NCBI RefSeq assembly: GCF_032444005.1
Contig: NC_091289.1
Coordinates: forward strand, 135,718,001 to 135,782,000
Direction: 5' to 3'
Length of the DNA: 64,000 bases
DNA from: Ranitomeya imitator
Taxonomy: Eukaryota
Numbering within the stretch: the first letter of the stretch is position 1; each line of letters begins with the position of its first letter. Positions 1 to 13,128 of this stretch are shown here, piece by piece. The notes under the pieces were generated by a model that did not search any database, had not been told where the DNA came from, and saw only the letters and a list, made by a program, of their open reading frames with translations. The position numbers were made by a program, and so were the translations under genes.

Positions 1-1279
1 TATGATAGGGCTGCTCACGAACTTATGTTGCCTACATGAGTGCATTCTTCAGACCCCATTTGTTTTAGTAGATGAAAGGTTCTCATTTTACCTTTTATAG
101 CCAGGTGGAGCGCATATGTGACAAATCCATGTGCATGCCTAATATCTATAATAAACCATAATAATTCTATATACTGAACACATTAAATATATCCATAAAG
201 GAGCAGGCTTTGGCATATTATTCCGACCCCGCGGCTTGTGTGGCTTGGCTCCCTGTATCTTTGTCCTTGTGTTCTTACTTCATAGAGATATCTGAAATGT
301 AACTATATCCTATTATGTAGCGCTGACGGGGCCAGCTCCTGTATGTGCTGTTTGCACAGTATCGCTGCCCGTTGTAGACAATCACGGCTGGTAATTTCCC
401 ATGTAGACACTCCAGCCCAGTGTGGAATATATTGGGGTCAGACCGGCCTCAGAAATGAAATGCATTCAGCGCAGCTATGAATTCTGCGTCGCTTCTTCCT
501 ATACATGACATTTTATTCAGATCCTTGCAATAGTCTATGAGCTTTCCATGCACGACGCTGTACGGGTATATGGAAATCAGATGCATGGAAAATAAGGAGA
601 TCTCATCTCGTGCGCTCGTTATTATTAACCCTTTTGGGTTTAGACCATTCCGGCCGTCATAAATCTGTCATTCAAACGTTCCAGCGCTCAGGGTGCAGCA
701 CAAACCCCTCCCTGTAATATACTTATAGCTCTCCACTTACGTGCCTGACATTATTACAGATAATGGATTCTGCTGCTCGATGACTTTCATCGCAACGTCT
801 GTCTAGCATCCATTGTCATAGACTACAGGACAAGATATTACACACGCGGTACCTGGCACCAGTCAGAAAATCCATTATCATTAATAATGCCAGGCATTCC
901 CCTCATGCGCATTATTGACACCACTAGAGAACAACGGACATCCTCCAGGCTCTTTAAGAAGACCATGACGGTCTATGTGGGCTGCAAGCCACCATCTTTG
1001 TCCATTTCAATGACATAATTGATTGTAACATCTAGGTGCACTTCCAGGAGGCCGGCATAGATTGGCGTTAGGGATTCAGCATTTACCGCTTTGTCCATAT
1101 CCCGCCACTCCTGTTTTACAAATCGAAAGCCAGCACTATAGTGGCACACAGAGTCAAAAATGGCTGTCCCGAAAAATGTATGACAATTGGGTGAGGTCTC
1201 TATTGAGAAAGTTCTTCTTTCATTGTTGGGGCTGTGTGAGTGAATAAAAGTCTAGATTAGGAGAGACAGAAAGGCTTAA

Positions 1280-1974
1280 AGAGGACCTGTCACCTGGTTA
1301 AAAGTGTCCAGCTATTGCTCTCATTTTATTCCCACTGTTCTCCTGATTAATCTGCATTTCGTTGATGTTTTGTTGTTTTTTTAATTCACTATACAGTTCC
1401 AGTTACATGGACTTTTTTATTTAGTACTAATTTCGATGGTCTTCACCAAAGCGGTGTGTCTCACCGGATTCTAGGCTATGCTGCATTGTTACCTTGTGAG
1501 CAACGCCCAATGTAAAGACCATAAAAGTAGCATTAACGGTGTTGTCTGGCCTTAGACTACAAGTTTACAGTCACTCTGTGTGACTGCAGACTTAAGTCCT
1601 CACAGTGACTTGCGTACATGTGGACACATGTCAACTAGTCGTGTGCAACCTCACTCAATGCAAGTATATTAAGCAAGGCTGGATACAGTCTAGTCGGAAT
1701 GTGATGGAGGTAGGCAAATCGCGTACTTGCAGTCACATGACCGCCAGGTCCCAAAGCTGACATTAGAGAATCCTTACAGTGTGCAGTGCGCGCGATGTGA
1801 GGATTCACAAGTCTGCAGTCACATAGAACAACTGCAGACTTATAGGCTAAGGCCAGACATTACTTTTAAATAACAAGGTCCATACCACTGTAGCACAAAA
1901 AAATATGCTTAGGGGAACAGTGGAAATAAAAAAGAGCAAAAACTGGCCGCTTTTAACCTGGTGACAGGCTTTCT
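1280..1974. mobile_element. T2/Kolobok-type MITE (TTAA TSD) with a second palindromic MITE nested at ~1545-1855
   Basis: TTAA at 1276-1279 and 1975-1978; imperfect TIRs AGAGGACCTGTCACCTGGTTAAAA / TTTTAACCTGGTGACAGGCTTTCT; internal inverted repeat around GTGACTGCAGACTT / AAGTCTGCAGTCAC. Confidence 0.6.
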
Positions 1975-2518
1975 TTAAGGAAAAACTGCTGCCTTTAGTG
2001 AAGCGGATACACTGACAGCTTAGCACGGAGACTGTAGCCACGTGGGCTGTTAGGCTGCAGACAAAAAATCCAATATGACTCAGATGTTAAAATATAGATA
2101 TAGGGAAAAACAGTTAATCAAGGCCTTGCAGATGGAAATGTTGGGTTCTCCAGGTGATTTCTTTCGTGACCCCCATTCAGGTGACTACAAGAGCATTCTG
2201 AACAGTAAAGGAAAGTGAAATCATAAAAGAAGAATTCTTCTCCAGAATCGTCTCTAGTTTTCTATCAGTTGTATTGTTAGTAATGGACCTGTCATATTTC
2301 ATGACATGGTTGTTCCTCTAAACACTTATATTCCCTATTCCCCTACAATTTTAGATGATGCTTTCTTGGAACTCTCCATTCTGTGATTCCTAGGGTATGT
2401 CTTACATAGTTTGGAACTGACCAATCAGTACTAAGACTGTGAATGTTGACACCTCTTTACCTCTTTGACAAGCAGCATGGTAACACCCAGTTGTCAATGT
2501 AATCGTAAATTTCCATTC

Positions 2519-3190
2519 AAAACCAAAGAAATGAGCTGGAGCACATGTCAGCATAGGTGCAATATGTAGATGCACATTCCCAATGTGATCATTTAGCAGA
2601 CAGAACCTAGGGTAAAAATAAAATGAGCAAATACCCTGCAAGTAAATAGTAGTAGTAAATTTAATCAACATAGGGTACTTAGTTGACATTATTTTGATAA
2701 AAAAAAGCATACAAGCCATCTCGCCACAACAAGGTGTATCCCAATCAGGATGGTCCTAACTCTTGTAGTTCACCTCTCTATGTGCCAGCAGGCCTCAAAA
2801 TAGATGAGGGTACAGCAGGATCCAGGGCCGACTGTTTAAACACCTGCTGGCTATATAGACTAAATGCATATCCCAAAAAGAAGGAGCCATGCCCCTATAT
2901 GTATAAAGTACAAAAAAAGTAAAGTCAAACCAAAGAAATGAGCCGGAACACAAGTTGGTGTAAGAGCAATGCATAGGTGCACATTCACAGTGTGGCCATT
3001 AACAAACATAACCTAGCATAAAAACAATGAGCTAATGTCTTGCGGTAAGTAAATAAATGAATAGTAATAGTACATGTGAATAACATAGGGTAGTTAGTTT
3101 GCACTATTTTGATCAACAAAGCGTAAAAGCCATCCCACCGCGACAAGGTGTATCCAATAAGGATGACCTCCCTACGTGCCGGCAGGCCTC
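2519..3190. repeat. Two diverged tandem copies (~410-bp period) of an unclassified interspersed repeat
   Basis: AAACCAAAGAAATGAGC...AACATAGGGTA...CAAGGTGTATCC...GCAGGCCTCA occurs at ~2520-2800 and ~2926-3190. Confidence 0.6.
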
Positions 3191-6059
3191 AGGTCCATTC
3201 AGTAATGGAAGAACGGCATAACACAGACTTCTTGTAAAATGTGATCAGGAACTGTGATTTCATAGAAAATACAAGTAGTCACTAAACCAATATGTCAGAA
3301 CCGGTCTATTAAAATTAGGGGCCTAAGGGGCACTTCACTTAGATCGTCACTTCATATTAGTGCCTGGTGTAGATCCAAGTGGTTATTCCATGACAGATCG
3401 TACTTGTCTGGCATACTCTATAGGTAATAAATGTGTTGAGAAAACCCTTTTATTTTTAGCAGCATTTTAATGTTCTGTGTTCCCGTTGTTATTTCTAATT
3501 ATCACTAGAAACACTTTAATGAAGGTCACCGGCTCCATTTCTCTCTGTTTCCTTCTGCCTTCTAATAATCCTCCTGCTAATATCAGTAAGTCGCTGTATG
3601 TGGGCACGTCGGAGTGTTGACACTGGCTCCGACGGCTCCAGATATAACAGATTGATGTACTTTGCTTGTAAAATGACTAAAAGCAGTTATTCCGAGCAAA
3701 TTTTCGAGTGATTTTGCTGGGGACAATCAGTGCAAATTGCCAATTTCCTTTGGACTGACGCCTGATTGAATTAATTTCTCCGTCTCGCAGAAAATGAGCC
3801 TTTTAGCTAATTTAAGTTTCATTATTCTACGCGGAGAATCTGTTTAGACTCTGAAGTGGGTGCTGTGAATGAGACCAATTTTCGTTTATTAATTGCAAGG
3901 CGGCTCAGATCTAATTTAGCATTTAATACTTTCACTGCACATCCCGAACGGCTCACAATGGTGGCCATATTTAATTAGCACACAAAAAACTTCACATCGG
4001 GTGTTTCCCCAGTAAGTAAAAATTTGGGATCAGACATTCGCAATAATGAGAAGATTTTAATGTCTCCTCCCAAAATAAATGGGGCTGTGTATGATGTGTA
4101 GGTCTCAAACTGAAGTTGTGTACAAAGACTTATCCTTTTTTGGCTTTTTTAATTTTTTTTAGCTCAGTTATTATACTGTTGGGGAAGACTTATAAAATAT
4201 GATCTGTACCAGGGGCAGACATACCATTGGTGCACCCTGTCCACCCACGCAGGAACCCAAGAGGCAAAGCGGGCCCATTTTTTCCTCCATAGTAACAAGC
4301 AGCTTCGGTTGCAGATGAATAGAGTGGTACTTTTTGATGAACTATTGGACTTCGAATGGCCCATATACCATTTCAGCACATGGTGCTCTTTTTGGTCTGT
4401 ATCCATCCCTAACTTTTATACAGTATTTGAATGGAGAGATTACAACCCTGTCCTTATTCCTACCTTTTAAGACTGGCTGCACCAGTGTGCCACCACCAAA
4501 CAGATGCAAAGTACATTTTTGTATCCGGCTTTAAGACATCCTTCAGTCCCGGCTGTTACAGACGTAAATGCATTCACAGATTATTTAGGTACCTGGACAC
4601 ATACTCAGAGAAAACCATACAAGTCCGAAGTATAGTGTCAGTACATGTCACACATATACAGAACCAGACACAAGCTCCCCGAGTGCAGACATATACATTT
4701 CTTATACAGCACCATGCACCCTGTATACAGACATATCCACCACTACTGAGTGCAGGCACATATGTCCCGCAGCAGTCCGGAATATTCTCAGTACAGCCAC
4801 TCCATATGTAAATCAGCTTGGAATCAATACAGGAGCACCCAATCAGTTGTAAATGGTGGAGAATCCTGGTAGAAAGTGTGCAATTTCCCTACAGTGTCAC
4901 CACAAGGAAAATGAGACACTACACAATGCCACGGCAAATTGATAGGCTGTCATTATGTTGTACAGAAGGACTATACTGCATCTTCTAGAAAGAGATACTT
5001 TCGTTTACAGTTTTTGTCATGTCCTCTCAATTTAGTGCCCATGCACTGCTTCTTTTTGCTCCTTTCTGCAGTGGTGCCTCCATGCACATTGTCTCAAACA
5101 TCACTACAACTTATTTACTGTATCTCTAAGTGGTCTTAGGTCCTCAACTACTGCCGGCCACGCATGGCTGTGCTTTTAGGCTAGTGCAAATGCTCATGTT
5201 CTTCTGCCTATGCCAAACTCAGTCCCTTCTTTGACCCATCTTCCTCTACCTGAGCAATAAGAGCCTTTTGGTATCAGAAGCTGCTAAGAAGTTCTTCCAT
5301 TTCATAGTCCTGGAATTTGACCTCGGTTGTCTTTTGATAATTTTTATCGAGTCTGTTGCCTTTCCTGACACTACACCCATCTAACTTTATGTTGGTGTAG
5401 ACCGACCTTGGCCACTTTCCAGTGAGTGCATTCCCCAATCCTTAATTTTAGCACATCTGTTTATAATTTGGTTATGCACCCTGGGATCTCTTTTATTGTT
5501 TCTCGCCAGCTATTACTAATGGAGGCTCTCCTGGGGTAAGAGGTAGGACATTTTTATAGCTGGCACTGTTTGGGAGCCTGGGTGCATGTTGTTTAGAGAA
5601 CATTTGAGGCTGGCAATTCTGGGGTCATTTGTGGCTAATATTCTTGTGTGGAGCACTGTGGCTGGCACTATGTGGAGGCGCTAATGCTTATCCTGTTTGA
5701 GAGGCAGTGTGCTTTGTACATGGATTGCACATGAAGATGATAGCGTCTGTATAACCTCATTTTGAAGATGAACTGGTGGTTTGTCTGATTCAGCTGGACC
5801 GGAGCTTTTTTCATAATGTGATTCTGAAGAAAGTAAAGGTTGTAAGAAATAATCCACCCATCCACCAATAAATGTTGTTGAGTATAGTTAGTCATTTCTA
5901 TATTTGCTCTTGAGCTTCCACAATAAGTATGTATGTTCTTATAGTTTACAAAAGACGTACAGTATTCTAAAAAATTTGATGTAAAAATATAAAAACAAAA
6001 TACAGAGTACAAACCAACATAGAGGTGCTTTTACCTGCTGCCTCCCTGGCCTATCCAGT

Positions 6060-6672
6060 CAAAGCTCAAAGTTCATTGTAGCAGGAGTCGCACTCTGCAA
6101 CACTGCTGAGTGTAGAGCGCAGTGTAGTGGGTGACGCTGTCTTCTTTTCTAGCCTTCCCACACCTGTACTTTGATCTATGAGCTGAAGTACTGGAGCCAC
6201 TGATACAAGAGGCGAGCATTCTCTACCCCGACTTCCCCAGTCTTGGGAAGAAACAGCTTGTCAGAGTAGTCACCAAGCATGGACCTCCTTGTGTTTGCTA
6301 CTGCCCACATCGCGCTGTCCATTTTTGCACTGCACTTAGATGTGGTCGCCAAATGCTGCAGAAACCGACGTGAAACGAAGTCTTTGAGCAATGCCCCCAG
6401 CTTGTTACCGCTCACATCACGCTGTACTTTCCTGTACAGTGCATTGATATGTATCGGCAGCTGCTCACAGCTAAACTGCTGAGTGCAGGACAAAGTTGAG
6501 TGAGCTTGGAGGAGACAACTTCCTTCTCTAGCCACTTGGCACCGCTCCCTTCATGCTGTACATTTTTTACAGCACTTTGTTGTGGGCACCATGAGTTTAG
6601 CAGGATCCAATCCCCACTAGACTGGTTATTGGATGGCAAGGCATCGCTCTCTTTCAGCCTACACCTTGGCTG
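6060..6672 (+). other. NTNG1: Candidate non-coding upstream exon of NTNG1 (5' boundary unknown)
   Basis: Non-repetitive, relatively GC/CpG-richer stretch ending in a consensus donor CTG|GTGAGT at 6672/6673, 4.6 kb upstream of the acceptor at 11239; inference only. Confidence 0.35.
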
Positions 6673-6827
6673 GTGAGTGTGGGCCACAGCGCCCTCTACA
6701 ATATATACAATTCAGTGTCACTTCCCTCTCTACTGGCCCTTGTATGTAAATGTGTTAGCGAATCATGTGGTCATCCAACTATATGGCAGCTTTTCAGTTA
6801 CAAACAGGAAATGGTAAAGCATGTATA

Positions 6828-8440
<1,613 letters not shown>

Positions 8441-10149
8441 TATATTAGATAATTGGGAATTAGAGGATATCCATATAGTAACAATAAGAAGCATTCCTAT
8501 GCCTATATACAGTAAACTCTATGTATACATTATGAATATTAGCCTGTGGATGTTACTTGCATCCGAGAAGAAATAAAAGCTTGATTAATTCATGTATTAG
8601 GGATAATTGACATCAAATAATCTGACAGATCGCAGAAAAGCTTGTGACCCTAAGATTCGTATCTGTAATTTACTTCTGGTCCACATTAGCCTGGGTCAAT
8701 CACACATCATTAACCTCTGGACATATCCTCACTGTTCCATCTGACATTTGTAAAACATTATTGGCATCTGTTGGAGGCTAAAGACAGATATCAGGCATGT
8801 ATGGATTTGTAATGCGACATGAGAGCCCCTTTTTAGACCATGCAGTTATGGGCTTGTGTGTGATATAGATTTTTTTTATGTTGTTTTCAATTTGGGCAGA
8901 TGCCAGAGTCCCCCATGGTGTTTGCTCACTAGATGTCTGAACCAAGAAGAACTGACATAAGAAAGCTTTGAAGAACTTTTGAAAAGCAGACTTTTCATGT
9001 CTGGTCAGATTATTTTTCTTAATTAAATTTAAAAAATACTGACAGCCTTGTATCCTAATATATTATTGAGTAGCCATAGGCTACATTGTTTAGAGTAGGT
9101 GCCGGTGGAGGAATCTGACGCTGTAAACAAGAATTTCAGACTTAATGTGAAAATATTCTAAAGAAAAATCATAAAATGCGGCGGTATAGTGAATTAAGAG
9201 GCTAACATGTGTACTAATATCTAAAACCAAATTTTATTCAAACCATTTAAAAATGATTAAAGATAAATTACACAATTGCCTGCAGCCCGCAGATCCAATA
9301 ATCAGATTGTGTTAATAGCATACAAAAACCCCCCGAATGGCCCTACCGGACCCTATTGTGCCCTTCCTGACAGTGGAGGTTGGCACCCTAGCTTGTTCGC
9401 AATATGGCACCCCCGCTCACCGTCGGCTCACCCTGGATGCAACCTTGCAATCCCTAGTTAGATGTGGTATGCAACCAGTCAGTTACAAATATTCCAAAAA
9501 AGGAATAATAGTGCCGCGGTTATCAGGAAAGGACAGAGGGTGTGAAAAATCAGTGAACCCAAGGAGGGTATATCCTTATACAATAATCAACCTTCTCCTC
9601 AGGAGCCCAAATTACACAAATACAATCAGAATCAAAACCAAAAAGCAATAGAATACCCAGACATTTATTGCATGAATTCAAGGGTAGAGGTTGGGAAATG
9701 TAAAAGCCTGCACTGGCTTGCCCTCCACTCTCCCTAATTGATTGTCCCCACCTTGCTGCGGTGTTTGGCACCCTAGATTAATACGCAAAGTGGCGCCGTC
9801 GCTCCCGTTGGCTCACCCTCACTTGCCCTTCACACTTACCCTTTTAGCTCTCCAAACAGAAAGGTAGAAGGTAATGGGAGTAAATAAGGGAAACCACATG
9901 TGCAAGGGGTGTCAAAAAGTGGGTGTTAGAGACAATCAGTAAGCCCAGATCTCACAATCATGTACTGGTGCGCTCAATGGTTATAGTGAGGTGCCATAGT
10001 TCTTAGTGTCCATCCTGATCAGGAACAACAAGTGTAACACACGATAAATTATTTGGACAAATGTGCCAAATCGCTAGTCTCAATACCTTAACAAGCACGG
10101 GGTCACACCACCCCTATACGAGCAATAATCTGCTCAGTGATTTATGCAC

Positions 10150-10270
10150 TTGTTTGGCTTTTATCCTAAGTCATGTGGCAAGGCTTGTTAAAGGGTCGAT
10201 ATTGATTATTAGCGTTGCTGCTTCCAGTAGATGGAGAGCCAAAGGGAGCCAATGGAAGACCAAATGTTAA
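10150..10270 (+). mobile_element. Diverged fragment of the hammerhead-bearing ~330-nt repeat family
   Basis: TTTGGCTTTTATCCTAAGTCAT...GTTAAAGGGT matches the reverse complement of 24666-24705 and continues into sequence resembling 44304-44345. Confidence 0.6.
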
Positions 10271-11239
10271 GCTTCGACACAAGAACAAGTGAGATGAATG
10301 AGGGTGGTGGATTTTTTTATTTTTTATCATCTATTTTCTTGGGTCTGGAGAGAACTCAGCGTATAATAAATGGCTTTTGCCAGAAATTCAATTTGCATTG
10401 AATAAAGTAGACGCAAATATAATTTCTCGGCCAATTCTAGTGAATGAAATTTCATCATATTCAATGATCTCTTTTAAATACAAATCAGTTATAGTATAAT
10501 TTTAAACCTTGAGATAAATATCACAAAAATATTTTTTATATTCCTGGAAACATTATTACATTTATTTTTGCCTAAGAATTTATATTTTTGGGGATGGCAT
10601 TTGAGTGTGAGGCAGATTAGTTGACTTCCCATATTAATCTACTGTCACAATTCACAAGGTGCTTCATGTGCCAGGTTCACTTTACACGTTTGGTCTTGAC
10701 AGCTTTTTTGGAGACAAATTGATTGTACCTTCATTCTGAAACATTAGATCAAGTTGTGAAGAAAATGTAAAGACAATGGTATAAACTTGAGATGATCTTG
10801 TCTCATCAGCTTGAGCTTCTCTGAATCGGTGCGTCAAGGAAACAAGAAAACTCTCTAGAAAAGTTTTCCTATATTGAATTGTGTGGTATCATGTAGTAAA
10901 AGAAATAGCAGTTCTTGGTCATAAGTCTAGTAAAAAGGTTTCTACAGAACTTCAATTATTTTGGTATTGACCTTTGATTTTAGAGCCAGAAACTTTTTTT
11001 TATTGCTGATATTAGGGTTAGGACAGAGCTAAAATATTGAGATTGTGATATACATTCTTTTTAATCCATGAATCATTACTTGACAATAGTGAAAACCACA
11101 AGACTCTCTCATTGAACGATTATCTGTCATCCCTATTGATAAGATCCATCAAATGTCAAGCTCTGTGCCTTTGCAGAAAAATATTGATTTTTCAGACAAT
11201 AAACTTAAACCTGATATTTTTATTTCCTTTATTTTCTAG

Positions 11240-11764
11240 GGTGGAAAAGCTAAAAGTTAGAAGAAGATTGATTCATATCAAGCACTAAGATAATCTCATC
11301 TCAACACAGTCGTAACCTCAGATAAAGGATGCACTTTGGTTTATCTCGTCTGCAATATAAAACTTCCATTTTTTTGTCCATTTAATTTTTCTTTTGAGAT
11401 CTGATTTCTGGAGATCAAAAAAAAAACAAAAAACGAGTAAAACGTCTGTCATGAAAATATATACCAGAAGAACATGCAATATTTCTCCATAATCATTACT
11501 CTAAATTATTGTATTTCATGAATGTTTAATCTCCGCCAACCACGGTGAAGACGTCTACAAGAATCTTCCATTTATGTAAGCTGGTCTGACGAAATATAGA
11601 CCGATGACATATAATCAATAGAAATTGCTTGGTGGGCAGAGGATGTTGGATTTCCGTTCATTTCCTGGACTTAATTGCACATATATATTCATCATTGGTG
11701 AACTGTAACAGGTAAATATCTTGGAGTTACTACCATTGTCAAGAGTGGACAAATACTATCCGGT
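11240..11764 (+). other. NTNG1: Probable 5'UTR portion of the NTNG1 first coding exon
   Basis: Strong acceptor TATTTCCTTTATTTTCTAG|G at 11239/11240, with unique sequence running to the ATG at 11765; an alternative closer boundary (e.g. around 11711) cannot be excluded. Confidence 0.5.
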
Positions 11765-11995
11765 ATGTACCTGTTCCTGGTGCTCAATCTCAACACCCTG
11801 TGGGTGGCAGTCTCCATAGCAATGCAACATGGACATTACGATATGTGTAAGACTCAGACTAAATCTGATGAAGGGATAGTATGGGAATATATGGCTTGTC
11901 AACCGGAATCTAAGGACATGACCGAATATCTGAAGATTAGGCTTGATCCTCCAAACAGTACCTGTGGAGACCCTCCAGAGCCCTTCTGTGCCATG
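11765..11995 (+). CDS. NTNG1: Netrin-G1 first coding exon (signal peptide plus start of the laminin N-terminal domain), 77 codons
   Basis: MYLFLVLNLNTLWVAVSIAMQHGHYDMCKTQ...EGIVWEYMACQPESKDMTEYLKIRLDPP..TCGDPPEPFCAM closely matches vertebrate NTNG1 as recalled (GHYDLCKTQ..EEGKVWDYMACQPES.DM..YLKV.LDPP..TCGDPPETFCAM) and better than NTNG2; phase-0 donor ATG|GTAAGA at 11995/11996. Confidence 0.93.
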
Positions 11996-12792
11996 GTAAG
12001 AAGCAAAAACTTTATAATAAACTAATGAAGTAAAAGAATATTCTTTATCTGGTTAGTGGTCTCAAGAACCATCATAAATGATCTTTGAAACTTCTTTGAG
12101 GTGACCATCCCAAATTCAGGTAAAAATTGTCTTCTTCGGGATAGTCTTCACAAAGAAGAAGTCAATACTTACGGAAGGTAGGAGAATTGAGAATTCTGGT
12201 CTCGTTAGGGTTGGTCTTCTGAAACAGATGATAGGGAAATTGAATATTGTTATTGAACTTGTTAGGGTTGGTCTTCTCAAAAAGTGGTCTACTGCAAAAG
12301 ACTCCTTTTACATAGGCGTCGGCAGAGACAGCATCATTTCCGAATTATATTCCATAATGTGGATAATGGTGGTTCAGTTATAGAAAAATGGATACACAAA
12401 GAATTTTTAAGCTGCATTCAGTCTCCGAGAAAGGAAAGAATACTGCATGTCCTTGGAATTTTTAACAAGCAACATATAAAATATGTACCAATGGATTAGG
12501 AAGGTATTATGTGTAGAAACTGATACATTAGACTATGAATAAATTATAGCGAGAGTTTACTTTATGTGGGTTAATCATTATGAGCAGCAGTCAGAAAAAC
12601 TATTATATAAGCAAAATCCAAAGCTGTAGGAGATACTGTGTCTTTATGAAGAGGCATACATTTTTAATTAAGGGAGAAGTTATGGAGAAGTGAACTAAAT
12701 ATTAGCAGACAACTGTTCAGTCCTGTTAGTAATCTTGTATATTCTGTATATGACTTAGCTGCTGTAGAAAACTATGCCGCAAATATAGTCGG

Positions 12793-12902
12793 GAAGTAAA
12801 ATGGTCTGGATAAATATAGGAGCTTATGTACGAGAGTTCATGAATGGTTACCATTGAATAGTGTAAGTTCCAATTCTTAGCAATGTCCATAAAATATCTG
12901 AC
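12793..12902 (+). repeat. 110-bp direct repeat, left copy (flanking duplication of the CR1)
   Basis: Identical by eye to 17633-17742. Confidence 0.92.
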
Positions 12903-13128
12903 ACTACATAGTTACATACTTACATAGTTATTAAGGTTGAAGGAAGACTATATGTCCATCTAGTTCAACCCATAGCCTAACCTAACATGCCCTAACATGT
13001 TGATCCAGAGGAAGGCAAAAAAAACCCATGTGGCAAAGAGTAAGCTCCACATTGGGGAAAAAAAATCCTTCCCGACTCCACATACGGCAATCAGACTAGT
13101 TCCCTGGATCAACGCCCTATCAAGGAAT

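Noticed and set aside
6176-6687. ORFs of 67-119 aa near the candidate first exon
   Set aside because: No recognisable homology; overlapping on both strands, so likely chance
12010-12520. Possible Penelope RT remnant on the minus strand
   Set aside because: Only faint motif resemblance across multiple stops; cannot be supported without alignment
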